Assembly (NCBI GenBank): GCA_035358955.1
Contig: DAORXN010000007.1
Span: forward strand, 27,174 to 91,173
Source of the DNA: Syntrophales bacterium
GTDB taxonomy: Bacteria; Desulfobacterota; Syntrophia; Syntrophales; UBA8958
Length of the DNA: 64,000 nt
Direction: 5' to 3'
The position numbers were made by a program, and so were the translations under genes. Of this stretch, positions 26,104-35,016 are shown in pieces. The notes beneath the pieces are model-generated. The model saw nothing but the letters and a program-made list of their open reading frames with translations. It had not been told where the DNA came from and ran no database searches. The first letter of the stretch is position 1. Each line of letters begins with the position of its first letter.

Positions 26104-28224
26104 TCAACGGGGATTCTTGCGGATGAGGACCTTGCGCGGCCTTACCCCATCCGACTTGCTCACGATGCCTTCGGCCTCCATGCGCTCGATGATGCGGGCT
26201 GCCCGATTGTAACCTATTTTCAGATAGCGTTGGATAAGGGAGATGGAGGCCTGGCCCAGGTCGGCAACCAGGGCTACCGCCTCGTCGTACTTTTCGTCGT
26301 AGTCTTCGCTTTCTTTTTCCTCTTCTTCCCGGATCTCCATTTTGCCGATAGATTCGTCGTAGGTGGGCTCGGCCTGTTTCTTCACGAAATCCACGACCCT
26401 TTCGATCTCCCCGTCGGAAACATAGGCGCCGTGAATCCGGGCCAGCTTGGAGGTTCCCGGCGGCATGAAGAGCATATCTCCGTTTCCGAGCAAGGCCTCG
26501 GCTCCTAACTGGTCGAGAATGGTGCGGGAGTCAACCTTGGACGAGACCTGGAAGGAAATGCGGGTAGGGAAATTGGCCTTAATAATACCCGTGATAACAT
26601 CCACAGAAGGGCGCTGGGTGGCGAGGATCAAGTGGATTCCGGAAGCCCTCGCCATCTGGGCAATGCGGGCGAGGGATTCTTCCACGTTTCTCTGGGCCAC
26701 CATCATGAGATCGGCCAGTTCGTCGATGATGATGACAATGTAGGGGAGCCTTGGAATGATGGACTTTTCTTTCTCTATGAGTTCGTTGTAGGCATCGATG
26801 CCTCGAACGCCTTTTTCCGCCATGAGGGCGTATCTCCTCTCCATTTCCTCCACCGCCCACCTGAGAACGAGGGCGGCCTGCTTAGGGTCTGTGACGACGG
26901 GATGGAGCAGATGGGGGATACCCTCATAGGAGGAGAGTTCCAGCCGTTTGGGATCGATTAAGATGAATTTCACCTCGTCCGGGGTAGCCTTGAAGAGGAT
27001 GCTTACGATCATCGCGTTGAGACATACGCTCTTGCCCGAACCGGTGGTCCCCGCAATGAGCAGGTGGGGCATCCGAATGAGGTCGGCAATAACGGGGGTG
27101 CCCACCGTGTCCACTCCCAAGGCAATGGGTAATTTCGAGCGGGAGGCAAGAAAGGTGTCGTGGTCCAGGACTTCCTTGAGGGAAACGATGTCCCGTTCCG
27201 GATTGGGGATTTCGATGCCGATGGCCGCCTTCCCGGGGATGGGGGCGATGATACGGATGCTCGCCGCCTTTAAGGCTAAGGCCAGGTCGTCTGTGAGATT
27301 CGTAATGCGGTTTATTTTTACCCCCGGTGCGGGCTCCAGCTCGTAGATGGTAATAACCGGCCCCGGTCTGATTTCCGTGACCCGACCTTCCACACCGAAA
27401 TCGGAGAGGGTTTTTTCTAAGGTCCGGGCATTGGCCATCAGTACTTCCCTTTTTACCCGGCTCTCCCTTTTCTCCTTTTGGTTCAAAAGGGTGAGGGGGG
27501 GAAGCTGGTATCTGGTGCCCGGTTCGTCGAAAGCAAAGGGCAATTGCTCTTTGGGCGCCTCTTTGACTATTTTGCCCTTTTTGGGTGAAGGGAGAAGTAC
27601 CTCGGATAGGCCTTCCTCGATGGCAGGTTTTTTCCCTTTACTTCTTATCTTTTCCCGAGTTTGGGACAAAAGGCGCTTCATAAAGGCCCCCGCCTTTCCC
27701 CCGAGGTTCACCAGGGACAGGTCGAAAACGAGGATGAGGGATAAAACGAGGGTGGCAGTGAGGATGAGGAAGGACCCCGTTTTACTGAAGTAATAGGCGA
27801 GATAGAGGGTAAGGCCATCGCCGATGACGCCTCCTGTGTTGTACACCTCTCCGTAGAGGCGAATTTTCCCGACGAGCAACGAGAAAAGACCGCAAAGGGA
27901 GAGGAGAAAGCATCCCAATCCTCCTATTTCGCCCAGGCGAAGGGTGTATTCGGTAAAGCGGAAGTAGCGCAAGCCGATGAGCCCGAAGATGAAGGGAAGG
28001 ACAATAGCACCAATTCCTAAGATGCGGATCAAAGTATCGGCCAGGTATGACCCGAAGGTACCCATCCAGTTATGGGTTTTTATCTCCCCTTCTACGAAGT
28101 GGGTGAAGGAGGGGTCGGAGGGATGGTAAGAGACGAGGCTAAGAAGCACAAGCAGGGCGAGAAACAGGTAGATAATCCCCTTAACTTCCCAGGGCCTTTT
28201 GACGAGCGGTGCCTTATCTGCCAT
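26104..28224 (-). CDS. ftsK: DNA translocase FtsK
   Basis: 706 aa. N-terminal TM helices, linker, motor domain with Walker A GTTGSGKS, C-terminal gamma (winged-helix) domain. Confidence 0.95.
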   Translation of the reverse strand: MADKAPLVKRPWEVKGIIYLFLALLVLLSLVSYHPSDPSFTHFVEGEIKTHNWMGTFGSYLADTLIRILGIGAIVLPFIFGLIGLRYFRFTEYTLRLGEIGGLGCFLLSLCGLFSLLVGKIRLYGEVYNTGGVIGDGLTLYLAYYFSKTGSFLILTATLVLSLILVFDLSLVNLGGKAGAFMKRLLSQTREKIRSKGKKPAIEEGLSEVLLPSPKKGKIVKEAPKEQLPFAFDEPGTRYQLPPLTLLNQKEKRESRVKREVLMANARTLEKTLSDFGVEGRVTEIRPGPVITIYELEPAPGVKINRITNLTDDLALALKAASIRIIAPIPGKAAIGIEIPNPERDIVSLKEVLDHDTFLASRSKLPIALGVDTVGTPVIADLIRMPHLLIAGTTGSGKSVCLNAMIVSILFKATPDEVKFILIDPKRLELSSYEGIPHLLHPVVTDPKQAALVLRWAVEEMERRYALMAEKGVRGIDAYNELIEKEKSIIPRLPYIVIIIDELADLMMVAQRNVEESLARIAQMARASGIHLILATQRPSVDVITGIIKANFPTRISFQVSSKVDSRTILDQLGAEALLGNGDMLFMPPGTSKLARIHGAYVSDGEIERVVDFVKKQAEPTYDESIGKMEIREEEEKESEDYDEKYDEAVALVADLGQASISLIQRYLKIGYNRAARIIERMEAEGIVSKSDGVRPRKVLIRKNPR

Positions 28225-28230
28225 AAAGAA

Positions 28231-28962
28231 TCATTCTACAGGCGGAGTACCTTCTTTTCTCCATCGGTTGAAGTTGTCCACGATTACCTGTCTCACCCGC
28301 GTGATAAGTTCATGCCTCGTCTCCGGCGTATAGGGCGAAACATCGATGGGCTTATCGATGACCATCGTGATTTTCCCCGGATTGATCCTCAGCTTCCTTT
28401 TCGGCATTATCTCCGAGGCCCCTATGATGGTGATGGGTACGATGGGGACCCCAGCCTGGAGGGCCAGGTGGAACATCCCCTGTTTGAAGGCCTTTATACG
28501 CCCATCCCGGCTTCGGGTGCCTTCGGGAAAACTCATGACGGATTTCCCTTCTCGTATCTTCTGGGCGGCGATTTTTAAGCTTTCCATGGCCTTTTCATGG
28601 TTCTGACGATCTATTTCAATGTATCCGGCCGTTTTCATGGCCTGGCTGAAGACGGGGATACGGAAGAGTTCCTTTTTGGCGATCCATCGGAACTGACCGG
28701 GGACAAAGGCGAGGACGATAAAAATGTCGAACCCGCTCTGGTGGTTGGACATGAAGATCTGCGGCCGATCAGAAAGGACGTTTTCCACCCCCTTTACCTC
28801 CACCTTCACCCCCGAGAGAAATAGAATGATCCGCGCCCACAGACGGGCAAGTTTGTGAATGGAATTCTCCGTTCCACCGACGAGGGCCATGAAGAGGGCG
28901 GTGAAACTAAGGTAGGCGGTGATCAATACCCCGATGAGGATTAGAACCGCGGATCGAAACAT
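28231..28962 (-). CDS. plsC: 1-acyl-sn-glycerol-3-phosphate acyltransferase
   Basis: 243 aa. N-terminal TM segment, NHQSGFDI (HX4D) and FPEGTRS motifs. Confidence 0.85.
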   Translation of the reverse strand: MFRSAVLILIGVLITAYLSFTALFMALVGGTENSIHKLARLWARIILFLSGVKVEVKGVENVLSDRPQIFMSNHQSGFDIFIVLAFVPGQFRWIAKKELFRIPVFSQAMKTAGYIEIDRQNHEKAMESLKIAAQKIREGKSVMSFPEGTRSRDGRIKAFKQGMFHLALQAGVPIVPITIIGASEIMPKRKLRINPGKITMVIDKPIDVSPYTPETRHELITRVRQVIVDNFNRWRKEGTPPVE

Positions 28963-29017
28963 GTTTCCTCCTTCATCTTTCTTATTACATAGGGCGTCTA
29001 TCTTGCATCAATAACCT

Positions 29018-30307
29018 CTACCTTTCCGGCACCGGTCGCTCCTTGAGACCTACGTATATTTGGCGAGGGCGCATAATCCGGGCGCTTCTGTCCAGAGCCC
29101 CTTCTCTCCAGTGGGCAATCCATCCCGCCATCCGGGCGATAGCGAACATAACAGTGAACATGTCTTCCTCTATGCCGATGGCGCGCAGGAGGATTCCGGA
29201 GTAAAAGTCAATGTTAGGGTAGAGGTTTTTCTCCTTGAAATACGGGTCTTTGAGGATTGCTTCCTCCATTTCCTGGGCAATGGGAAGCAAGGGGTCGGAG
29301 GTGTGATATTCCGCTACGATCCGCCGAACAGCCTCCTTCAGAATGGCGGCGCGGGGATCGTAGGTGCGGTAAATGCGATGGCCCAGGCCGGGGATCTTTT
29401 CTCCTCCTTTCTTCTTGGCCGCGGCTATGATCTTCGGGATGGTCTTCCGGCCTTCGTAGATGTCTTTGAACATCCTTATCACTTCCCGGTTGGCTCCTCC
29501 GTGAAGGGGCCCGGAGAGGGCACTGATGCCGGCAGAGACGGAGTCGAACAGGTTGGCCCGGGAGGAGCCCACCATCCTCACGGTGGAGGTGGAGCAGTTC
29601 TGCTCGTGGTCGGCGTGGAGCATAAGGAACAGGTTGAGGGAATCGATCAGGATGGGTGGTGCCAGGTATCGTTTGTAAGGGAGGGAGAACATCATGTGGA
29701 GGAAGTTGCTGCAGTAATCGAGGGATGGGTCGGGATATTCGAAGGGCATGCCGATGGATTTTTTGTAACTGAACGCGGCAATGGTGCGCACCTTGCTTAT
29801 CAGTTTCGCCGCGGCCGTCATGAAAGCCTCGTGATTGCGCGGGTCGATGGACCTCAGGTCGGGGTGGTAGAGGCTGCTACACTGAATGGCGGCGGCCAGG
29901 ATAGCCATGGGGTCTCCATAGGGGGGCAGGGCATCGAAGAACTTGAGCATCCCTTCATGGAGGATTTCCTGGGTGGTGAGAAGTTCCCGAAAGTAAGCCC
30001 TTTCCTCTTTAGTGGGGAGATCGCCATTGATGAGAAGCCAGGCGGTTTCCACGAAGCTTACTTTTTTTTGCGCGAGATCGTAGACGTTGTAACCCCGGTA
30101 ACGGAGGATACCCTTCTCGCCATCGATGAAAGAGATGGCTGAGTAACAGCTCCCCGTGCTTAAGTAACCCGGGTCGCAGGTAAGTACCTTCCACTTTCGA
30201 TACAGTTCGGATACGTCAATGGCTACATCTCCTTCCGTTCCGTGTACCAAGGGCAGAAAGATGGGCTCATGGCCTTCTATTTTAAGTTCTGCAAGCTGTG
30301 CCTTCAT
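29018..30307 (-). CDS. gltA: Citrate synthase
   Basis: 429 aa. Catalytic-region motifs LHADHEQNCSTS and GHRIYRTYDPRA. Confidence 0.9.
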   Translation of the reverse strand: MKAQLAELKIEGHEPIFLPLVHGTEGDVAIDVSELYRKWKVLTCDPGYLSTGSCYSAISFIDGEKGILRYRGYNVYDLAQKKVSFVETAWLLINGDLPTKEERAYFRELLTTQEILHEGMLKFFDALPPYGDPMAILAAAIQCSSLYHPDLRSIDPRNHEAFMTAAAKLISKVRTIAAFSYKKSIGMPFEYPDPSLDYCSNFLHMMFSLPYKRYLAPPILIDSLNLFLMLHADHEQNCSTSTVRMVGSSRANLFDSVSAGISALSGPLHGGANREVIRMFKDIYEGRKTIPKIIAAAKKKGGEKIPGLGHRIYRTYDPRAAILKEAVRRIVAEYHTSDPLLPIAQEMEEAILKDPYFKEKNLYPNIDFYSGILLRAIGIEEDMFTVMFAIARMAGWIAHWREGALDRSARIMRPRQIYVGLKERPVPER

Positions 30308-30326
30308 TTGCTCTCCTTCTCATAGC

Positions 30327-30785
30327 TTATTCGGAAGTGGTTCCCGATAACTTCCCGCACGAAGTTGATAAAAGTTCATGCCAGAGTGAACCTGGGACGA
30401 CGGGGTTCCATTTTGCTTTGGGATTAACGGTTCTGAGGAGCACCCGATCATGATAGTCGTAATAGATGAGTTCCAGATGGCGTATCTTTTGTGCCTGACA
30501 GTCTAACTCTTCCTTCATTTTCAAATATTTTACCTCCTCTATCTTTTTGGGTACCCGTTCCAGATCTTTTTTCATCGCCCGGCGAAAGAGGCTTTTCTTG
30601 GCCACCGTGAGTTTCGCCCATATTTGAACGGTACCTCCCGATACATGTTCAACGGTCTCTTCGTCAAGATAGAAGGCATCCCGGTAGCGATTGAATCCTA
30701 TGAACTTCCATGCAGCGCCGCAGAGCTCACTGGCCATAAAGGCGGTAAGTACGAAAACAGCGAGGGCAACATATTTACCCTTCAT
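30327..30785 (-). CDS. Hypothetical secreted/periplasmic protein
   Basis: The ATG at 30785 follows AAGGAGGA. MKGKYVALAVFVLTAFMASELCGA looks like a signal peptide. I recognise no family. Confidence 0.5.
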   Translation of the reverse strand: MKGKYVALAVFVLTAFMASELCGAAWKFIGFNRYRDAFYLDEETVEHVSGGTVQIWAKLTVAKKSLFRRAMKKDLERVPKKIEEVKYLKMKEELDCQAQKIRHLELIYYDYHDRVLLRTVNPKAKWNPVVPGSLWHELLSTSCGKLSGTTSE

Positions 30786-30817
30786 CTCGATTCCTCCTTG
30801 CAGGGTGGCAGGTTGCA

Positions 30818-30846
30818 TTGTATGAACAATCGAGACAATTTACAAT
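30818..30846 (+). promoter_or_regulatory. Candidate sigma-70 promoter (TTGTAT-N17-TACAAT) for the flavodoxin-like gene
   Basis: -35 at 30818-30823 and -10 at 30841-30846 with a 17-nt spacer. The predicted TSS falls within a few nt of the in-frame ATGs at 30854/30860. Confidence 0.4.
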
Positions 30847-30859
30847 GGGGAAAATGGGT

Positions 30860-31315
30860 ATGGCAAAGATTTTGATAGTCTATCACTCCCAGACGGGGCA
30901 TACGGAAGAGCTCGCCAGAGCCGTGGCCGAAGGGGTGAAAGAGGTAGAAGGGGCAGAGGCGATTTTGAAACGGGCAGGAGAGGCAACGGTGGAAGACCTC
31001 CTGGAGGCGGATGGGGTAGTAATAGGTTCGCCGGAGAACTTCGGTTACATGGCCGGTATGGTGAAGGATTTCTTCGACCGGACCTTTTATCAGGCCCATG
31101 ATAAAGTTTTCCGCAAGCCCTTCGCCGTTTTCATAAGCGCCGGGAATGATGGGACCGGGGCCCTCAAGGCTATTGAACGGATTGCCCTGGGATATAAATT
31201 CAAAACCGTGTTTCCGCCCGTTATCTCCCGGGGGCCGGTGAGGGACGAGGATTTGAAACTCTGCCGTGAACTGGGGGGGACCGTGGCAGCAGGCTGCGAG
31301 TTGGGGATTTTTTGA
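30860..31315 (+). CDS. Flavodoxin-like fold FMN protein (NAD(P)H-dependent FMN reductase / WrbA-like)
   Basis: MAKILIVYHSQTGHTEELA is a typical flavodoxin-like N-terminus. Alternative in-frame ATGs lie at 30845 and 30854. The track start at 30818 (TTG) is inside the promoter candidate. Confidence 0.75.
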   Translation: MAKILIVYHSQTGHTEELARAVAEGVKEVEGAEAILKRAGEATVEDLLEADGVVIGSPENFGYMAGMVKDFFDRTFYQAHDKVFRKPFAVFISAGNDGTGALKAIERIALGYKFKTVFPPVISRGPVRDEDLKLCRELGGTVAAGCELGIF

Positions 31316-31478
31316 GCCTGCCCGGTAAGGGCGCAATTAGGGGGCGATGCTGTAAGGCTCTTAACGAGTGTCTCCATGCTGAATTGATCCTAAGTCAAGG
31401 CCCGCCCGACTCAAGCGGAGGTGAAGGAGGACTGCGAACTTTTCGCTTCTCATCAAGATGGACCTTTCAGGATTTGTG

Positions 31479-31507
31479 TTGATTCCTTTAATTTAGTGGG
31501 TTATAAA
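31479..31507 (+). promoter_or_regulatory. Candidate sigma-70 promoter (TTGATT-N17-TATAAA)
   Basis: -35 at 31479-31484 and -10 at 31502-31507, about 25 nt upstream of the GGGAGGA RBS and the ATG at 31533. Confidence 0.4.
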
Positions 31508-31532
31508 ATCGAGAAAAAACTGGGAGGAAAAG

Positions 31533-32222
31533 ATGGATAGGGCAGCCCTGAATAAGATCGTCTCCGGCGTTTACGTCGTCGGCTCGACCAAAGACGGAAA
31601 GTTGAACGGCCAGATTATTAATACCTTGATTCGGATTACGGCGGATCCCGTGTATGTGGCCATAAGCATCAATAAAAACAACCTCACGTGCGAATTCATC
31701 CGAGCCAGCCGTGTATTTTCCGTTTCCATGCTTTCCACGCAGGTACCCATGACCTTTATTGGCCTCTTCGGTTTCAAATCCGGCCGGGAAGTGGATAAGT
31801 TTGCCCAAACGGGATACCGCATTGGGCAAACAGGGGCCCCCATTGTCCTTGACCATACGGTGGCCTGGATGGAGGCGAGGGTGACGGCAGAGATCGAATG
31901 CGAAACGCACGTGGTCTTTATCGGAAAGCTGGAGGATTACGGCCTTATCTCCGATGCCCCCGTGCTTACATACGAGTATTACAGCACCGTGATGAAGGGA
32001 AAATCGGCGCGCAATGCCCCGACCTATACCCCCCCGGAGGAGAAGAAAAAGGAGGTGGCAGGGCAGAAGTACGCCTGCTCCGTGTGCGGATACGTTTACG
32101 ATCCCGCCTTGGGTGACCCCGAGCACGGCATTAAGCCGGGTACACCCTTTGACGAACTTCCAGATGACTGGACGTGTCCCGTCTGCGGAGCGGATAAATC
32201 ACAATTTGAGCCGGCCGCCTGA
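31533..32222 (+). CDS. Flavin reductase domain fused to C-terminal rubredoxin (high-molecular-weight rubredoxin, Hrb-like)
   Basis: 229 aa. N-terminal flavin-reductase-like FMN-binding domain. C-terminal [12 protein letters not shown]...[13 protein letters not shown] is a canonical rubredoxin with two CxxCG knuckles. Confidence 0.85.
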   Translation: MDRAALNKIVSGVYVVGSTKDGKLNGQIINTLIRITADPVYVAISINKNNLTCEFIRASRVFSVSMLSTQVPMTFIGLFGFKSGREVDKFAQTGYRIGQTGAPIVLDHTVAWMEARVTAEIECETHVVFIGKLEDYGLISDAPVLTYEYYSTVMKGKSARNAPTYTPPEEKKKEVAGQKYACSVCGYVYDPALGDPEHGIKPGTPFDELPDDWTCPVCGADKSQFEPAA

Positions 32223-32253
32223 TAGGAGGCCGAAGTAAGACCGAGGTGAAGCT

Positions 32254-32496
32254 ATGGAAGAAAGGTTGGGAGTTATAATCGTTCTCGTGACGGACAGGGA
32301 ACGTCAGGCCAGGGAGGTAAACCAGATCCTTTGCGATTACGGAGATTTTATTTTGGGGCGCATGGGTCTCGCCCAGGCCCCCGGAAATCGGCACCTCATC
32401 GTGCTCATTTGCCATGCCGCAGAACAAAAGGTGAGGGAGCTTACGGACAAACTCTGCGCCCTCGCGGGAGTGGCGGTAAAATACATGTTCCTGTGA
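32254..32496 (+). CDS. Small ACT/ferredoxin-like protein resembling the TM1266 family (putative iron-only hydrogenase system regulator family)
   Basis: 80 aa. The pattern LGVIIVLVTDRERQAREVNQILCDYGDFILGRMG...LIVLICHAAEQKVRELTDKLCALAGVAVKYM matches my memory of Thermotoga TM1266-like proteins. Not verified by search. Confidence 0.5.
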   Translation: MEERLGVIIVLVTDRERQAREVNQILCDYGDFILGRMGLAQAPGNRHLIVLICHAAEQKVRELTDKLCALAGVAVKYMFL

Positions 32497-32509
32497 CGGC
32501 TGGGACAGG

Positions 32510-34015
32510 CTAAGGGCAGAAGTTTTGATCACCTTTTGTCGCACGTTCGAAAATCCGCCGGAAGTGGTAACCGTAGATGGCGTAGGTGATATAGAGGGGA
32601 AAGACGCGGGGCTTGCGGAGGATGGACCAGAGAAATCCCTTCCAGTAATGCCACCTTTCTTTGCCTTTGATGCCCAGGATGACGATGGATTTCAACAGGG
32701 CTCGGAAATGCTCTGCCCGAAGGATGAAGACCTTTTTCTGAGGTGGGTTGTATTCGCGTAGAAACTTAAGCACCCTATGGTAGTAAACCTTTGGCGTATA
32801 GAGGGTGCGGACGACCTTCTCGTATCCTTGGATAAGGGTTTCCATTTTCATTCGGGGCAGGATGTTGGTGGAAAAATCCGTGTTGTCCCCTGTGGTCTGG
32901 CTTATGATGCGCCCTTCCCTTTTTAGCCTTTCGTACAGCTTGGTTCCGTAAGGGGCATTGAGCAGGCCCACCATGGCCGTTACAATCCCCGTGTTGTTGA
33001 CGAATTCTATCAGGCGATCGAAGATGGTGGGAGGGTCATGGTCAAAACCGAGGATGAAGCCCGCCTGAACCTCCAGTCCGTGCTGCTGTATTTTTTTTAT
33101 ACTCTCCACGAGGTTACGGTTGATGTTGTGAATTTTGTTGCACTCCCGGAGGCTTTCCTCATGGGGTGTCTCTAAGCCCACAAAGACCGTATCAAAGCCC
33201 GCTTCTACCATTTGCTTCATCAACTCTTCGTCGTCTGCGAGGTTGATGGAGGCCTCCGTGTAGAATTTGAAGGGATGGTGCTTTTCTTCCATCCAGGTCC
33301 TAATGGCGGGTAGTACCTCTCTTTTCAGCCTCCTCTTGTTTCCGATGAAGTTATCGTCCACGAAAAATACGCCCCCGCGCCAACCTGTTTGGTAGATGCT
33401 CTCCAACTCTCCTATAATCTGCTCGGCCGTCTTCGTTCGGGGTACCCGGCCGAAGAGCACCGTGATGTCGCAAAATTCGCAGTCGAAGGGGCAGCCCCGG
33501 GAAAACTGGATGTTCATGGCGCCGTATTTTTTTATGTCTATTAAATGATGGAGGGGGATGGGGCTTTTCTCCATTTCGGCCCAACCATTTGCCTGATAGA
33601 TGCGCTTCGGGGAGCCGTTTTCCAGGTCGGCAAGAAACTGAGGAAGGGTTATCTCGCCCTCATTCAAAACGAAGTGGTCTACCTCCGGGTATTCATCGTA
33701 ATGGGCCGTAAAGAGGGGGCCTCCGGCAACAATGGGCCTATGCAAGGCACGGCATCTTTCGATTACTCGCCTCGCAGATTTGGCCTGGATGATCATGGCG
33801 CTTATGAACACATAGTCGGCCCAGAGGATATCTTCGTCAGTGAGGGGGGCAATGTTCATGTCGACGAGTTTCTTCTCCCAGTCTTTGGGGATAAGCGCCG
33901 CCACCGTCATGAGCCCCAGGGGTGGATAAGCCGCCTTTTTGGAAATGAATTCGAGGGCGTATTTAAAGCTCCAGAAGGTAGTCGTGTATTCCGGGTAAAC
34001 GAGTAGTACTTTCAT
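32510..34015 (-). CDS. B12-binding domain-containing radical SAM protein (class B)
   Basis: 501 aa. N-terminal cobalamin-binding-like domain, radical SAM motif FSRGCPFDCEFCD, long C-terminal extension. Confidence 0.85.
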   Translation of the reverse strand: MKVLLVYPEYTTTFWSFKYALEFISKKAAYPPLGLMTVAALIPKDWEKKLVDMNIAPLTDEDILWADYVFISAMIIQAKSARRVIERCRALHRPIVAGGPLFTAHYDEYPEVDHFVLNEGEITLPQFLADLENGSPKRIYQANGWAEMEKSPIPLHHLIDIKKYGAMNIQFSRGCPFDCEFCDITVLFGRVPRTKTAEQIIGELESIYQTGWRGGVFFVDDNFIGNKRRLKREVLPAIRTWMEEKHHPFKFYTEASINLADDEELMKQMVEAGFDTVFVGLETPHEESLRECNKIHNINRNLVESIKKIQQHGLEVQAGFILGFDHDPPTIFDRLIEFVNNTGIVTAMVGLLNAPYGTKLYERLKREGRIISQTTGDNTDFSTNILPRMKMETLIQGYEKVVRTLYTPKVYYHRVLKFLREYNPPQKKVFILRAEHFRALLKSIVILGIKGKERWHYWKGFLWSILRKPRVFPLYITYAIYGYHFRRIFERATKGDQNFCP

Positions 34016-34146
34016 TTTGTCTCCTTATTTTTTGCATTATGTACCTTCATTCGCGCAAATGTCAAGGCGATTTGTTTTACAAGTTGCTTGACAAGCAAAA
34101 AATCTCTCTATATGGTGGGTTCCATACGAAAATTCGGGGATGGAGA

Positions 34147-34980
34147 ATGATCATTCGCTGTTGGGGTGCCCGAGGTTCGATACCTGTTTCCGGTCCAGAA
34201 TACGTTAAATACGGGGGTGATACCCCTTGTGTTGAAGTTAGAACGAGAAATAATGATATCATAATTCTCGATGCAGGCACGGGCATACGCCGTCTGGGCA
34301 ATACCCTCCTGACAGAGGGGAGATACGAGTACATCATGTTTTTCACCCATGCCCACTGGGATCATCTCATAGGATTTCCTTTCTTTAAGCCTATTTATAC
34401 CTCCCGGGTAAAAATAGGTATGTACGGTTGCCCCGCGGCCCAGACGGGGATAAAAGATATGCTTTCCAATGTGATGATCGCGCCCCATTTCCCCGTGGAT
34501 TATAACGAGATCCATTGCCAGATTCAGTATCACGAGGCTTGTGCTGAGCAGTACATCCTCGACTCCCTGCGTGTTTCCACCATTGCCTTGAGTCATCCCA
34601 ACGAGGGGGTAGGTTATAAGTTTGAAGAAGGGGAAAAGAAGTTCGTTTTTCTGACGGACAATGAGCTCTCCTATCAGCATCCGGGGGGCAGGTTGTTTGA
34701 GGACTACCGTGATTTTTGCCGCGGGGTTGATTTGCTCATTCACGATGCAGAATTTACCCCGGAAGATTACAAAGTTTCGTGGGGACATTCCACGTACAAC
34801 GATGCCGTAAAGCTCGGTCTCGATGCGGGGGTGAAAAAGCTGGGTCTGTTTCATCACAACCAAGAGCGCACAGACGAGGAAATAGAGAAGATACTGGCCC
34901 AGGCAAGGGAAATGATCCGCAAGGCCGGATCATCGATGGAGTGCGTTGCCCTTTATCAGGGAATGGAGCTTAGCGTCTAA
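34147..34980 (+). CDS. MBL-fold metallo-hydrolase
   Basis: The ATG at 34147 follows GGGGATGGAG and gives MIIRCWGARGSIPVSG. FFTHAHWDH (HxHxDH) motif. Confidence 0.75.
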   Translation: MIIRCWGARGSIPVSGPEYVKYGGDTPCVEVRTRNNDIIILDAGTGIRRLGNTLLTEGRYEYIMFFTHAHWDHLIGFPFFKPIYTSRVKIGMYGCPAAQTGIKDMLSNVMIAPHFPVDYNEIHCQIQYHEACAEQYILDSLRVSTIALSHPNEGVGYKFEEGEKKFVFLTDNELSYQHPGGRLFEDYRDFCRGVDLLIHDAEFTPEDYKVSWGHSTYNDAVKLGLDAGVKKLGLFHHNQERTDEEIEKILAQAREMIRKAGSSMECVALYQGMELSV

Positions 34981-35016
34981 TTTTCTTATTTCCCTTCTAC
35001 CCAGAAAGGCCTGTTT

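Noticed and set aside
29060-30142. 360-aa + strand ORF antisense to citrate synthase.
   Set aside because: Its Gly/Val/Glu-rich translation has no motifs, and the opposite strand encodes an unmistakable citrate synthase.
30807-30821. TGGCAGGTTGCATTG looked like a sigma-54 -24/-12 element upstream of the flavodoxin-like gene.
   Set aside because: The GC dinucleotide is 4 nt too close to the GG, so the spacing does not fit TGGCAC-N5-TTGC. A sigma-70-type TTGTAT-N17-TACAAT explains the region better.
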